The notes below the pieces were generated by a model that did no database searches, had not been told where the DNA came from, and saw only the letters and a program-made list of their open reading frames with translations. From NCBI GenBank assembly GCA_963804645.1, contig CAWDRG010000010.1, positions 128,001 through 192,000 on the forward strand: DNA of 64,000 nucleotides, in the 5' to 3' direction. The stretch comes from an uncultured Bacillota bacterium. Its GTDB lineage: Bacteria; Sysuimicrobiota; Sysuimicrobiia; Sysuimicrobiales; Segetimicrobiaceae. Made by a program: the position numbers and the translations under genes. Below are positions 52,347-62,445 of the stretch, piece by piece (position 1 is the stretch's first letter; each line of letters starts with the position of its first letter).

Positions 52347-54125
52347 ATGCAAGCAAGATCAAAGCTCCAGATGGTAATCATCGTAATACTTGGGATTTCT
52401 CTTACACTGTGGGGCATTCCCCTCGCGGGCCAAACACAGGAACCCCCATCAATCACTCGGACTGAGGGAATTCTCGCGTCCGTAGATCTTGCAGGCATGA
52501 CGGCGACGCTCAACATCCCCGCCGGGCAGCGCGTGTATGAACTGACGTCGGTCACCGATGTGCGCGTTGGCGAGGAGACAGAATCCATCAATGCACTGGC
52601 AACATTCGTCGGCGCGGCAGCGGTTGTGCTGTCGACCAATGTTAACGGTACCCAGGTTGCTGGGAGCTTGGACATCTTGGTCTTCCCCGTAGCCGGGACC
52701 GTGGAAGCTACCCTAGGAGCGGGGACGGAATACGGCGGCCCTCCTCCTGTTAGCGGTAGTCCGATTGTAAGTAACACGACGCGCGGCACTACCACTGGCG
52801 GCGGCGCTACTACTGGCGGCGGCACTACTACTGGCGGCGGCACTACTACCGGCGGCGGCACTACTACCGGCGGCAGCGGCAACAAAGGTGGTTGGGGCGG
52901 CTTTGGCGGTTGGGACTATTTCCGCGGTTGGGACCATTTCCGCGGTTGGGACCACTTCGGCGGTTGGGGCCGCTTCGACGGTCGGGACCGCTTCGGCGGT
53001 TGGGATCGCTTCGACGGTCGGGACCGCTTCGGCGGTTGGGATCGCTTCGACGGTCGGGACCGCTTCGGTGATAGGGACCCCTTCGGCGGTTGGGACGGTC
53101 GCGGCGGTTGGGGCGGCGTTGGGCCGTGTGCAATCTGCGATGATGCGCACGGGCTCATCCCTGACCCTAACCCTAAGGGCGGTAATCACAACGGCAAGGA
53201 TGGCGGCAAGGGTTACGATGGCGGCGGTAAGGGCGGCAGCCACGACCCCGGCTACGATGGCGGCGGTAAGGGCGGCAGCCACGACTCCGGCTACGATGGC
53301 GGCGGTAAGGGCGGCAGCCACGACCCCGGTTACGATGGCGGCGGTAAGGGCGGCAGCCACGACCCCGGCTACGATGGCGGCGGTAAGGGCGGCAGCCACG
53401 ACCCCGGCTACGATGGCGGCGGTAAGGGCGGCAGCCACGACTCCGGCTACGATGGCGGCGGTAAGGGCGGCAGCCACGACCCCGGTTACGATGGCGGCGG
53501 TAAGGGCGGCAGCCACGACCCCGGCTACGATGGCGGCGGTAAGGGCGGCAGCCACGACCCCGGCTACGATGGCGGCGGTAAGGGCGGCAGCCACGACCCC
53601 GGCTACGATGGCGGCGGTAAGGGCGGCAGCCACGACTCCGGCTACGATGGCGGCGGTAAGGGCGGCAGCCACGACCCCGGCTACGATGGCGGCGGTAAGG
53701 GCGGCAGCCACGACCCCGGCTACGATGGCGGCGGTAAGAGCGGCAGCCACGACCCCGGCTACGATGGCGGCGGTAAGGGCAACTACGGCGAGTCCATCGG
53801 CGAGCACGGATACGGCGGTGGCGATGACTACGGCAAGGGGTACGACGACAGCGGCCGTGACGGTGGCGGACATGATCGCGGCCACGAGAATGGCGGCCGT
53901 GACGGCGGCGGGCATGATCGCGGTCACGAGAACGGCGGCCATGAGAACGGCGGTCACGAGAATGGCGGTCATGAGGGCGGCGGCCATGAGGGCGGCGGCC
54001 ATGAGGGCGGCGGCCATGAGGGCAGCGGCCATGAGGGCGGCGGCCACGAAGGCGGCGGCCATGAGGGCGGCGGCCATGAGGGCGGCCACGATGGCGGCGA
54101 TCACGACTGCGGTGACAGAGGCTGA
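52347..54125 (+). CDS. Secreted protein: conserved N-domain plus multi-block Gly/His/Asp repeat tail
   Basis: GGAGG RBS; signal peptide; N-domain paralogous to 39077; [25 protein letters not shown] and GGGHE repeat blocks. Confidence 0.85.
   Translation: MQARSKLQMVIIVILGISLTLWGIPLAGQTQEPPSITRTEGILASVDLAGMTATLNIPAGQRVYELTSVTDVRVGEETESINALATFVGAAAVVLSTNVNGTQVAGSLDILVFPVAGTVEATLGAGTEYGGPPPVSGSPIVSNTTRGTTTGGGATTGGGTTTGGGTTTGGGTTTGGSGNKGGWGGFGGWDYFRGWDHFRGWDHFGGWGRFDGRDRFGGWDRFDGRDRFGGWDRFDGRDRFGDRDPFGGWDGRGGWGGVGPCAICDDAHGLIPDPNPKGGNHNGKDGGKGYDGGGKGGSHDPGYDGGGKGGSHDSGYDGGGKGGSHDPGYDGGGKGGSHDPGYDGGGKGGSHDPGYDGGGKGGSHDSGYDGGGKGGSHDPGYDGGGKGGSHDPGYDGGGKGGSHDPGYDGGGKGGSHDPGYDGGGKGGSHDSGYDGGGKGGSHDPGYDGGGKGGSHDPGYDGGGKSGSHDPGYDGGGKGNYGESIGEHGYGGGDDYGKGYDDSGRDGGGHDRGHENGGRDGGGHDRGHENGGHENGGHENGGHEGGGHEGGGHEGGGHEGSGHEGGGHEGGGHEGGGHEGGHDGGDHDCGDRG
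53211..53780 (+). repeat. 39-bp tandem repeat, 14 full copies plus a partial ([12 protein letters not shown][P/S])
   Basis: Unit ggctacgatggcggcggtaagggcggcagccacgacccc; 14 x 39 bp spans 53211-53756. Confidence 0.95.
53930..54095 (+). repeat. 15-bp tandem repeat encoding (G/N)GGHE, about 11 copies
   Basis: ggcggcggccatgag units. Confidence 0.9.
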
Positions 54126-54395
54126 TGTAACGGAATCATCCTTGCGAACATGACAGTTGAGGAGGTGGTTAAGGAAGAGCCTGATGGAGCGGGATCTTCG
54201 GACTACCGAGGCGATGGGTGGATCGATCCCCGTCGCCTCAGTGTATGTTGTTCGGGATGGCTGAGGCCGATTCTCTGAGGTCTTCTGCGCATCTCGTTCC
54301 GAGTAGACCGAGCGCGCCCATACCCCCGCGCATTTGTGCGGCATTTGCGATGATCACGCGCTTTCCCTGAGCCAAAAGCTTGTCGGCCACACCTC

Positions 54396-54716
54396 GTGTC
54401 CGCGATCGATGCAATCGGCACCCCGGCCTTTGCCCTAATCGGGATGCAGCTGGCTCAGGATCAAGGCATCCCGGTCCCGGGCGTGCTGCTGATGGGAATC
54501 ATCAACGGGACCGGAGGCGGCTTACTGCGAGATGTCGTCGGCGGCGACGTACCCGCCGACCTACGGCCCGGGCAGTTTTCTTCCCTGTCCTTGCTGGCGG
54601 TATGCGTGCTGTTTCAGGCACTGACGCGTGAATTTCGCGTATTCGCTACCCAAGCGGCACTCATTACCGTTGCAGCGTACTTCGTCATTCGGGTCTTGAC
54701 CGTGCGGGTCAACTGA
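54396..54716 (+). pseudogene. C-terminal fragment of a TRIC/UPF0126 (YadS-like) membrane protein
   Basis: DAIG...MGIINGTGGGLLRDV motif; N-terminal half missing. Confidence 0.65.
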
Positions 54717-54867
54717 CAACCACGTGCGGTGCTGAAAGAACCGCCGTAAGAACACGTCGCCGCGGACACCATGCCGGCAGCTTGAGGGAGTTCGCTCTTC
54801 CGATGGAAGGAGTTACAGGAATCAAACCGGAAATCCCGGGCACAAAAAACTGTGAAGTGTCGGGAGG

Positions 54868-55269
54868 GTGCTCATGCCGGACACGCCAGACGCCGGGATG
54901 ATCCATCTCCGTAGTCGTTACTCCGTGCAAGAAACACTGGCACGGCTCGAGTCGATCCTGCAGTCTCACGGTCTCACTATTTTCTGCCGCGTCGACCACA
55001 GCGGGGCGGCTGAAAAGGTCGGGCTGAAAATGCCCCCGACACAGGTGCTCATCTTCGGCAGCCCCAAAGCGGGCACGCCTCTGATGATTGCGTCCCCCAC
55101 CCTTGCCATCGATCTCCCGTTGAAGGCGCTGGTCTGGGAGGATGCGGGTGGCACGGTTCGGATCACCTACAACAGCCCCGAATACCTGCAGCAGCGGCAC
55201 AACATTCCCAGCGACCTTGTCAAGAACATCGCCGGGGCCGGCGCCCTCCTCCAACAAACTGCCGACTAG
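54868..55269 (+). CDS. DUF302 domain protein
   Basis: VDHSGAAEKVGL, IFGSPKAGTPLM, DLPLK. Confidence 0.88.
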   Translation: MLMPDTPDAGMIHLRSRYSVQETLARLESILQSHGLTIFCRVDHSGAAEKVGLKMPPTQVLIFGSPKAGTPLMIASPTLAIDLPLKALVWEDAGGTVRITYNSPEYLQQRHNIPSDLVKNIAGAGALLQQTAD

Positions 55270-55379
55270 CCTCCGCTATGTCCGTCACCTCCCGTGCCGA
55301 CACTTTCGGCCCGCTCCCATGGTTACCGCGCTGCGGCGTTTCAGTTGCTCCCCCTGGGTGCGTGAGTTCCTTAGCCCAG

Positions 55380-56401
55380 GCCACCTGCTATCACCCGCTG
55401 CTGCTGTTCAACCGGGAGGGCGATTGTCTGGCGGTGAAGCTGCGGCCCGGGAACGTCCACAGCGCTGAGGACTGGGACGCCGCGCTCCTGCCGGAGATCG
55501 AGCGGCAGCAGAAGCAAGGCAAGGACGTCGTGGTGCGGGCCGACGCGGGCTTCACCAAGCCGGAGCTGTACGAGGTCCTGGAGAAGCGCGGCGTGAAGTA
55601 CGCGATTCGCATTCCCTTCAACGACACACTGGAGCAGGCTGTCGCGGAGTTGCTGACGAGGCCCGTGGGGAGACCCAGTCACAAGCCGGTGGTGCGGTAT
55701 ACGAGCTTCCGCTACGAAGCCGGCAGTTGGAAGATCGCGCGACGGGTGGTGGCGAAGATCGAGTTCCACTGCGAAGAACTGTTCCCCCGAGTGGGCTTTA
55801 TCGTCACAACCCTGGCGACGGATAGCCGGGGAGTGGTGCGGTTCTATAACAAGCGCGGGACGGCAGAACAGTGGATCAGGGCCGGCAAGGAGGCGGTGAA
55901 GCTGACGCGGCTGAGCTGCCACCGCTTCCGGGCGAACGAGGTGCGGTTGTGGCTGAGCGTGATCGCGTACAATCTGGGAAACTTGTGGCGCCGGCTCGGC
56001 CTGCCGAAGCGGCTCGACACGTGGTCGCTGACAAGTCTGCAGCAGCGGTGGATGAAAACGGGCGGCCGGCTCGTGAAGCACGCCCGGTACTATTGGCTGT
56101 TGCTGGCGGAGGAACACCTGACCCGGCGGCTGTTCGGGGCGATCCTGCGACGGCTGGAGGCGGTGCCGGGGCCTGCGGGATAGCGCAGGCCCTCGCTCGT
56201 TGCAGCCACCTCGGGCGGCAAGGGGGCCGAGAATGGGGCAGTGTCCGAGAAATCGAATGGGGGTACGTCCGTACCAGGTGGGAAAGGGCGCGGGAGGATC
56301 AAACAGGCTTTCGCGGGTGGCTGCTGGACGCGGGCCAGCCCGAAGGTCGGATCGGAACCTCTCGTAGGAGGACCTCGGAAACGCAAAACGGAAATTCCCG
56401 A
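55380..56401 (+). mobile_element. 5'-truncated IS1380-family element (transposase fragment ends 56183; right end about 56401)
   Basis: CYHPL...LRPGNVHSA, VRADAGF, YNKRGTAEQWI, AYNL motifs; end-like CAAAACGGAAATTCCCG. Confidence 0.85.
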
Positions 56402-56426
56402 TTAAAACGCGGGGGGGTTGAGTGAC

Positions 56427-57344
56427 ATGAAGAGACCGGAGAGGACAACGCGCTTGACACGGCGAGATCTGTTCCAGACGTCCGCGGTAGTCGCAGGCGC
56501 CGCGGCTGTGGCCCGGTGGGGCGGCGCGCTGGCGTTCCCGCGGATGGCCGAGGCGCAGGCTCCATACTTCCAGAGCTCCAACAATATAGTTTTCGTCGAC
56601 AAGTGTCAGAGTCTGCAAAACCTGACGTTATCCCTGCAGGCCACGAGGGACTTGATCACGCTCGGGAATAATGGATTTTCGTTGCAGTTGAATTGCTATC
56701 CGCAGACCCATCCCCAAGCTACCTATCGGAACAAGCCGCTGATTTGGATGCAGTACGTCATGGCCGTACAAAGCAACTCGATTCTGTGGGGGATCCAGTA
56801 CTTTTCCGCGGTGAAGGGTTTCGGCTTTAGCCCGAGCCCAAATTACGTCTCATTCGCCTCTGCCCCGTCGAATCGGGTGCCGGCAGGCTCGGTGATGAAG
56901 ATTGCGCTCGACACTAAGGCCAACGGCAATGTGACGCAGGTGAAATTCAGCATCCAACGTGTTCCGTCTGTGGCGGGCCTTACCGGTCCCAAGGGTAAGG
57001 TTTCCAGCCACACGTTCACGTTCCCGTCTAACGCCTTGTGCGCGATCTATGGCTTCCAGGTCAATCTCGTAGGACCGCCTAGCGGCACCCACACCTGCAA
57101 ATTCACGTCAGCAGATGGGTTCCTGAACTACTCGGTGTCCTCAGGTACGCTTGCGGTACCGGCCGGACGCCTTCCGGTTCTTCCGGGCGCACAGGGCAAG
57201 AACACCTGCGGCGGCCCTCAACCCATCACGGCCGAAACGTCCAATGTGTACTACGCCCAACCCCTAACGGCCTCCAGCAATCCGATGGGCCAGGAATTCG
57301 GCCTCGCGGTTCATTCACCCCGGCCACCGAAACTGTCGAAGTAG
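56427..57344 (+). CDS. Tat-exported hypothetical beta-rich protein
   Basis: LTRRDLF twin-arginine motif, AEA cleavage site; Ser/Thr/Asn-rich. Confidence 0.75.
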   Translation: MKRPERTTRLTRRDLFQTSAVVAGAAAVARWGGALAFPRMAEAQAPYFQSSNNIVFVDKCQSLQNLTLSLQATRDLITLGNNGFSLQLNCYPQTHPQATYRNKPLIWMQYVMAVQSNSILWGIQYFSAVKGFGFSPSPNYVSFASAPSNRVPAGSVMKIALDTKANGNVTQVKFSIQRVPSVAGLTGPKGKVSSHTFTFPSNALCAIYGFQVNLVGPPSGTHTCKFTSADGFLNYSVSSGTLAVPAGRLPVLPGAQGKNTCGGPQPITAETSNVYYAQPLTASSNPMGQEFGLAVHSPRPPKLSK

Positions 57345-57480
57345 ATTCAAAGCTACCTCGATGATCTGAACTTACGACATATTGCCTTCGACGATTGTGG
57401 GTGCGGAATGAATTCGCTTTGATAATTGTCCTGCTCGGTTGGAAGTGAGACAAACCCGGCCGTAATTGGGTGAGGATTTC

Positions 57481-58492
57481 CTACCCTCCCGCGACCTCAA
57501 TTTTTCCCTCATCCTTCCAATAGCTCTGCCGGACCGTCAGGCCATGCTGGAGCTTCTGCCGTCGCTCGGCCAGCCGTGCTTCCGGGTCACCGCGATAGTA
57601 GTCGACCGGTCGCAGATAGCGTAACGCCGAATGCGGCCGGCGGTGATTGTAGTAATTGTCCCAGCGCGTCAGCGCAGCGACCGCCTTCCCGTAGTCGGTG
57701 ATGTCTTCGTTGATCAATCCCTCCTCTCGGTGTGTCCGGTGCAGACGTTCAAGGCGTCCGTTCGACTCAGGATGTGCGACCCGGGTTCGGATATCGCCGG
57801 CTCCAGCGAGCGTCACGAACGTTCGCCATTCGCGGCTGATGAACTGGCTTCCATGATCATGCACGAGCTGCGGCTCACCGGGGCGACGGGTCGAGAGTGT
57901 TTCCAACGCCTCTTGCACCGTCAACATCACCAGATCTGCGTGCATCGTCATGTTGAGGTTCCAATGGACGAGATACCGACTGTACCCGTCGAGGATGTCG
58001 ACGAGGTAGTACCAGCGCGGCTTGACGTACAGGTACATCAGGTCGATGTGCCACACTTGATCTGGCCGGTCCGGCGGCACCGGCCGCCGCAGCGGATCAG
58101 ACGCAAGCGGAGGACGGCGCGCCAGCAGGTCGGCCGCCTGCAACACTTGATACACTTGGCCTGGCCGCAGATACGCGAGATCTCGATCCACCATGTCCCA
58201 GGCCAGGCGCTTGTAGCCCATCAACGGATGTGCACGCGCGAAGTCGCACACGGCCGCGCGTTCCGTCGGTGTCGGCGGTAGACCTGGCCGACGCCGCGGC
58301 GTGCGAGCGTCCACCAGGCGATCGCGCTCGGCTCGGTCCTTCCATCGATAGTAGGTCGCATGCGACACGTCGAGTTGGTCCAACACATCGCGGACAGAAG
58401 CTCGCTCACGGTCCCGATGTGGTGCACGGTGTCCAAGAGGCGCTGCTTCTCCTCTGCCGCGTAATGTCGATACGGCTTCTATGGCCAGAGCC
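57481..58492 (-). CDS. IS3-family transposase OrfB (rve/DDE core); 5' boundary set by the IS110 insertion
   Basis: WHIDLMY, DGYSRY, HDHGSQF, SNGRLERLH, YNHRRPHSAL. Confidence 0.88.
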
Positions 58493-58714
58493 CTTATCTG
58501 TTGAGGGACCCCGCCGTCAAGAGGGACCGTGTAACGATTTAGAAGCTATTCCCCCACCGATCGCGACCGCGGCAAAATGTGCAGCGTCCGACGGGACGAT
58601 CAAAGCCGTGTCCCGAGAAGCGTTGGCAATTTCTCGCAGCCGAGTTTCGATGTCGAGATTCTGTGGAGGAATTAGGCCCGGACAATCACCTCCCGGAAAG
58701 ACCGCGGAGATAGG

Positions 58715-58885
58715 AAGTCTGCGCCAGGGTGCCCAGCCTTATCTGGGTGCGCGGAGGTATAGCCTCCGGCGACATGATGAGTGATAGGTGCAACCCTGGA
58801 GCGGGCTGCGGCCGCATCCATCTTTTCGGGATGTCCACGGACAAGCCGTGGCGACATGGGCTTACTGGGAGCTGGCCGCATCCCA
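58715..58885 (-). ncRNA. Predicted IS110 bridge RNA with target- and donor-binding loops
   Basis: CATGTC and CAGATAAG match the two element ends; CCAG and AAAAG match the insertion site; each pair flanks a hairpin. Confidence 0.7.
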
Positions 58886-58922
58886 TCTGGTGATCTCGGG
58901 CAGAAGCGCAGTAATCCCATCT

Positions 58923-59987
58923 TCAGGCGATCTCTGAGGCCGGCTGTTCGAACGACGGAAGGACGTTCACATCGACGGGCGCGAAGGCGCTTTCTCCCAA
59001 ATTGCGAAGGATGTGGTGTGCACGGCGACAGATCTTGCGCGCGACCGACAGACATGCCCGCTTGTGGTTGAGGCGTTCTTTGACCTTCTGGTAGTAGCTA
59101 CGATCAGGGGCTGTACGCCAAGCGGCGCATTGTGCGGCTTCGTACAGCGCCCATCGAAGCGCTTCGGGCCCCTGGCGAGAGAGATGGCCTGGAGGACGCT
59201 TGTCGTCCGATTCGTAGACGGTGATGTCCAGCCCCGCATACCGCACTGCATCATCCGAGGACGAGAATCTGATACAGTTTCCGAGCTCAGCCCAGATGAA
59301 AACGGCGGTAATGTCGCCGACCCCGAACAGGCGCTGCTTGAGGGCGCGGCAACCTGGCTGCAGCTTTGCAAAGCGCACGAGGTAGGCATCAAGGGGCATG
59401 AGCTGGCGGTCGAGATGCTCCATCACCTCAAGCCCCGTCGTCACAACTCGCCGCCCGGCGGCTGAAAGGTCAGCTGCGGCGAGCTGCTCCCGTCCTTGTG
59501 TCGTGGTGAGTCGGATGCTTGGTATTCCCTGATGGAACAGTTGCGCTTGGATCCGCTGCTGCCACTCTCGACGTTCATCGGCCACTGACTTGCGAAGCCG
59601 GACTAGGGTGCGAATCTCCAGCGCGTGCTCCGGAGGGAACCACGATTCCGGGAGACGTCCAGTGAGAAGCAGCTCCACCATGTGGTCGCAATCACGGCGG
59701 TCGGTCTTGGCCCGCCGCTTCTTTCCCCTGAGAGCCGCAGTGTCTGCCGGCTCAGCAAGATGGGCAGTCAAGCCTGCCCGTGAGATTTCCTCCGCGATGA
59801 AGCGCCATCCCGTGGTGGCCTCGAGCGCAAAGTGCGCATCGCGGCCCTTGAAGGGCACGAGGAATTCTCGTACCGTTTCCCTCAGTCCAGGAGCGATGCG
59901 ACCCCGTTTGATCTCGCCGGTCTCGGTGTTCAACCACTTGAATGTGATCTGCTTCCTATGCACGTCGAATGCACCTATAATTTCCAT
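58923..59987 (-). CDS. IS110 family recombinase/transposase
   Basis: FDVHRK, ALEAT, KTDRRD (DEDD); YESDDK...LRWALYEAA...ARK. Confidence 0.93.
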   Translation of the reverse strand: MEIIGAFDVHRKQITFKWLNTETGEIKRGRIAPGLRETVREFLVPFKGRDAHFALEATTGWRFIAEEISRAGLTAHLAEPADTAALRGKKRRAKTDRRDCDHMVELLLTGRLPESWFPPEHALEIRTLVRLRKSVADERREWQQRIQAQLFHQGIPSIRLTTTQGREQLAAADLSAAGRRVVTTGLEVMEHLDRQLMPLDAYLVRFAKLQPGCRALKQRLFGVGDITAVFIWAELGNCIRFSSSDDAVRYAGLDITVYESDDKRPPGHLSRQGPEALRWALYEAAQCAAWRTAPDRSYYQKVKERLNHKRACLSVARKICRRAHHILRNLGESAFAPVDVNVLPSFEQPASEIA

Positions 59988-60079
59988 TGGGACCTCCTCG
60001 ATAGCTCCGCCCGTATCCTGGGCTTCAGCACGTGCTTTGTGCTTGAGCCGAGGGGGCCCCTCTCTCTCAGGGAGTCCCT

Positions 60080-60376
60080 CTACATGTCATCTTTTTTGAG
60101 CTGCAGCGTCTCGACGCTGAGCTCGGCGACGACCGTGCGTAACCGCACGATCTCGTCCTTGAGATACGCTTCCGTCGCGCTCGGCTTGCGGCCGCGCTTC
60201 TTGGCGCGTAGTGCCTCGAGCGCGCCGGTGCGCGCTTGCTTCTCCCATTCGTAGAACTGCGTGGGTGCGATCTGATGCCGGCGGCAGACGTCGCTCACCG
60301 GTTGCCCCGCCTTGCGGGCTTCGTCCAAGATCTGCAGCTTCTCTTCGGCTGTCCACTTCCGTCCGTTGGCTCCCAC
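60080..60376 (-). CDS. IS3-family transposase OrfA (HTH); last codons come from the IS110 end
   Basis: RKWTAEEKLQIL...VSDVCRRHQI...FYEW...LQLKK. Confidence 0.88.
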   Translation of the reverse strand: MGANGRKWTAEEKLQILDEARKAGQPVSDVCRRHQIAPTQFYEWEKQARTGALEALRAKKRGRKPSATEAYLKDEIVRLRTVVAELSVETLQLKKDDM

Positions 60377-60460
60377 CAGCCACCCCCCGCCTCATCGAGT
60401 CTACCTCCGCTCGGTGACGCCGGGAAGGGCGGAACCCTCACCCAATTTTCAGCGCTTTTG

Positions 60461-62445
60461 GTAGAGTAAGGGGTCAGCGCGCCGTGCGGCTCGTCCGTCA
60501 GGCAATTCAGCCCTATCCACCTCCGTCGGTGGCCTGCAAGCCCATGCCGTGTTCCGGTCGCACACGTTTCTGATCCCTTCTCATCGAACCGGACGTGCGG
60601 AGTTGCCGCATCCGGCTCTCGGACTGAGTTCACACCAGGCTCACGAAATTACCACACGCTCGACGGCGTGAGCGGGTGCAGACCGCACTCCCGGTACAGG
60701 CGTCGGTTCGGAAACTGTCGGGTGCCCCGGCCACTGATCTTATGCCGTCGCACAAGGAATCGTCGGAGCCGATCCGTCACGTACCGGTCAACTTGCCGGT
60801 ACGTCTTGGTCACTGTCCCGTAGCTGAAGAAATGCTGCCAGCCTACGAGCAGCCGATTGAGGTGTGTAATCACCTCGTCCATCGGACTCTGATTGTGCGG
60901 ACTCAGATAGCGGTGGACATCCTGTCGCAGTCGCCGAACGCCAGCCTTGGAAGGCGCTGCACCCAAGTACCGCCAGCCGTTCTTCCGACTGTACATCGGT
61001 CCAAACGTGTACCCCAGGAAGTCAAAGCTCTCTCTTCGCGCGTTTACCACCCGGGTCTTCTCCTCGTTCAGCTCCAGCTTGATCCGCCGCATGAGATCCC
61101 GGGTCGCCGTCAAAGCCTCTGCGGCCGTGCCGCGACACAAGATCACCAAGTCGTCGGCATAGACTTGCACGCGAGCCTGGAGCTGCTGCTCATACCGTTG
61201 CTGCCATGCCAGCAGAAACCGGCGCATGTATAGCAGAGCGAGCAGCGGACTGATCACTCCGCCTTGCGGGGTCCCGCGATGACGATGGTTCCCGCCACTT
61301 CGTCGTGGCCGTCCGCGGTCATCCGGCTCAACCACCGGCGCCTGCAACCAAGCCTTGATCAACGCCAGCACCTTGCCGTCGCTGATCCGCCGGGCTACAC
61401 AGCGCATGAGCTCCGCGTGCGGGATCGTCTCGAAGTACTGTCGTAGGTCGGCGTCCACCACGTCCGTGTATCCCGCCTTGACGTCCGCATGCACCTGCTT
61501 GACTGCTCCCAGTGCCGACCGCTTGGGGCGGTAACCCCAAGCATTGTCTGGGAGATCGGCTTCGAAAATTGGACCGAGCACGAGAAGCGCCGCCGTCTGG
61601 ATGACCCGCGTCCGGATCGTCGGTATACCTAACGGACGCAAACTCTTGCCGTCCGCTTTCAAAATCTCGACGCGCCGCACGGGGTCCGCGCGATAACTCC
61701 CCTCCTGAAGTTCTCGTTGGATCTCCCGCAAGAACGACTCCACCCCGGCCGCCTCGATCTGCTCGAAGGTCACCCCATCCACGCCCGGCGCGCCAGCGTT
61801 CGCCCGCGCCCGGTGGTACGCGTGTTCCAGGATGTCCCACCGAGAGAGCTTGTCGTACAGGGTGTAGAAGCGAAACTGTGGCTCCTTCTTCGCCTTGGCG
61901 TACAGCCGCCGCTGGAGGATCCGAATCCGTTCCGGAGTTGCTAGGCTCATCGCCAATCCCCGATCATCTCGCCTCCATTGGACAGCACCTCAGAACTGAG
62001 GCCCCTTCCCTCCGCCGGCTTTCGCCGGACTCATCGGTACTACGCGCCTCTCCGCCATCTCCGCCCAACAGGAGCCCAAAGCTCCTGGACCTCGTCCTGG
62101 CCGGAGACTTCCCGTGTTGCGCGGTCCTCGCTCTCCCTGCGTGCCGCCTCCACTACCCCGGCGAGACGCTCAGGGCTCCGTCGGGTTCATCTCCTGAGCG
62201 CAACGGCCTTCCCCGAATGAGAGGCGGGTCGGCTCTCGCATCCGTTATTTCGGGGCCTGCTTAGAGTCTCGCTACGCGCTGCAGCCCGCAGGGTTGCAGA
62301 GTCTGACTTATTCAGACTCCTTTCCGGAGGGCTTCACCATGATCCGTTGCCAGATCACCGTGCCTCCGTAGCTACCGAGGCGTCCCGACAACTCCTCGGG
62401 CGGGACCTTCCCCCGCTAGAGGACTCGCGCCTTTTCACGGCGCTC
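60461..62445 (-). mobile_element. Group II intron, 1985 nt
   Basis: 5' GAGCGCCGTGAAAAGG; domain V GAGCCGGATGCGGCAACTCCGCACGTCCGGTTC (60618-60586); 3' end ...CCTTACTCTAC; EBS1 TCTCAT (62222-62217) pairs with 5' exon GTGAGA. Confidence 0.9.
60649..61956 (-). CDS. ltrA: Group II intron reverse transcriptase/maturase, no C-terminal endonuclease
   Basis: [36 protein letters not shown] domain LNRLLVGW. Confidence 0.95.
   Translation of the reverse strand: MAMSLATPERIRILQRRLYAKAKKEPQFRFYTLYDKLSRWDILEHAYHRARANAGAPGVDGVTFEQIEAAGVESFLREIQRELQEGSYRADPVRRVEILKADGKSLRPLGIPTIRTRVIQTAALLVLGPIFEADLPDNAWGYRPKRSALGAVKQVHADVKAGYTDVVDADLRQYFETIPHAELMRCVARRISDGKVLALIKAWLQAPVVEPDDRGRPRRSGGNHRHRGTPQGGVISPLLALLYMRRFLLAWQQRYEQQLQARVQVYADDLVILCRGTAAEALTATRDLMRRIKLELNEEKTRVVNARRESFDFLGYTFGPMYSRKNGWRYLGAAPSKAGVRRLRQDVHRYLSPHNQSPMDEVITHLNRLLVGWQHFFSYGTVTKTYRQVDRYVTDRLRRFLVRRHKISGRGTRQFPNRRLYRECGLHPLTPSSVW

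Larger units (their letters stand above)
58493..60090 (-). mobile_element. IS110-family element, 1598 bp, CT core, long 3' non-coding end
   Basis: Removal restores CTC AAA AAA GGG CTC TGG CCA TAG in the host IS; CT(T) on + strand at both junctions. Confidence 0.9.

Noticed and set aside
53211..53780. CRISPR array
   Set aside because: Units are contiguous with no unique spacers, are in frame within a CDS, and no cas genes are present
52713..54344. Ala/Val/Thr-rich ORFs 52713-54344 (-) and 52888-54153 (+)
   Set aside because: Alternative frames of the tandem repeats
60649..61956. Retron, DGR or defence RT; also class IIC intron
   Set aside because: Domain V/VI, EBS1-IBS1 and the X domain identify a group II intron; the AGC triad and near full-length domain V argue against IIC
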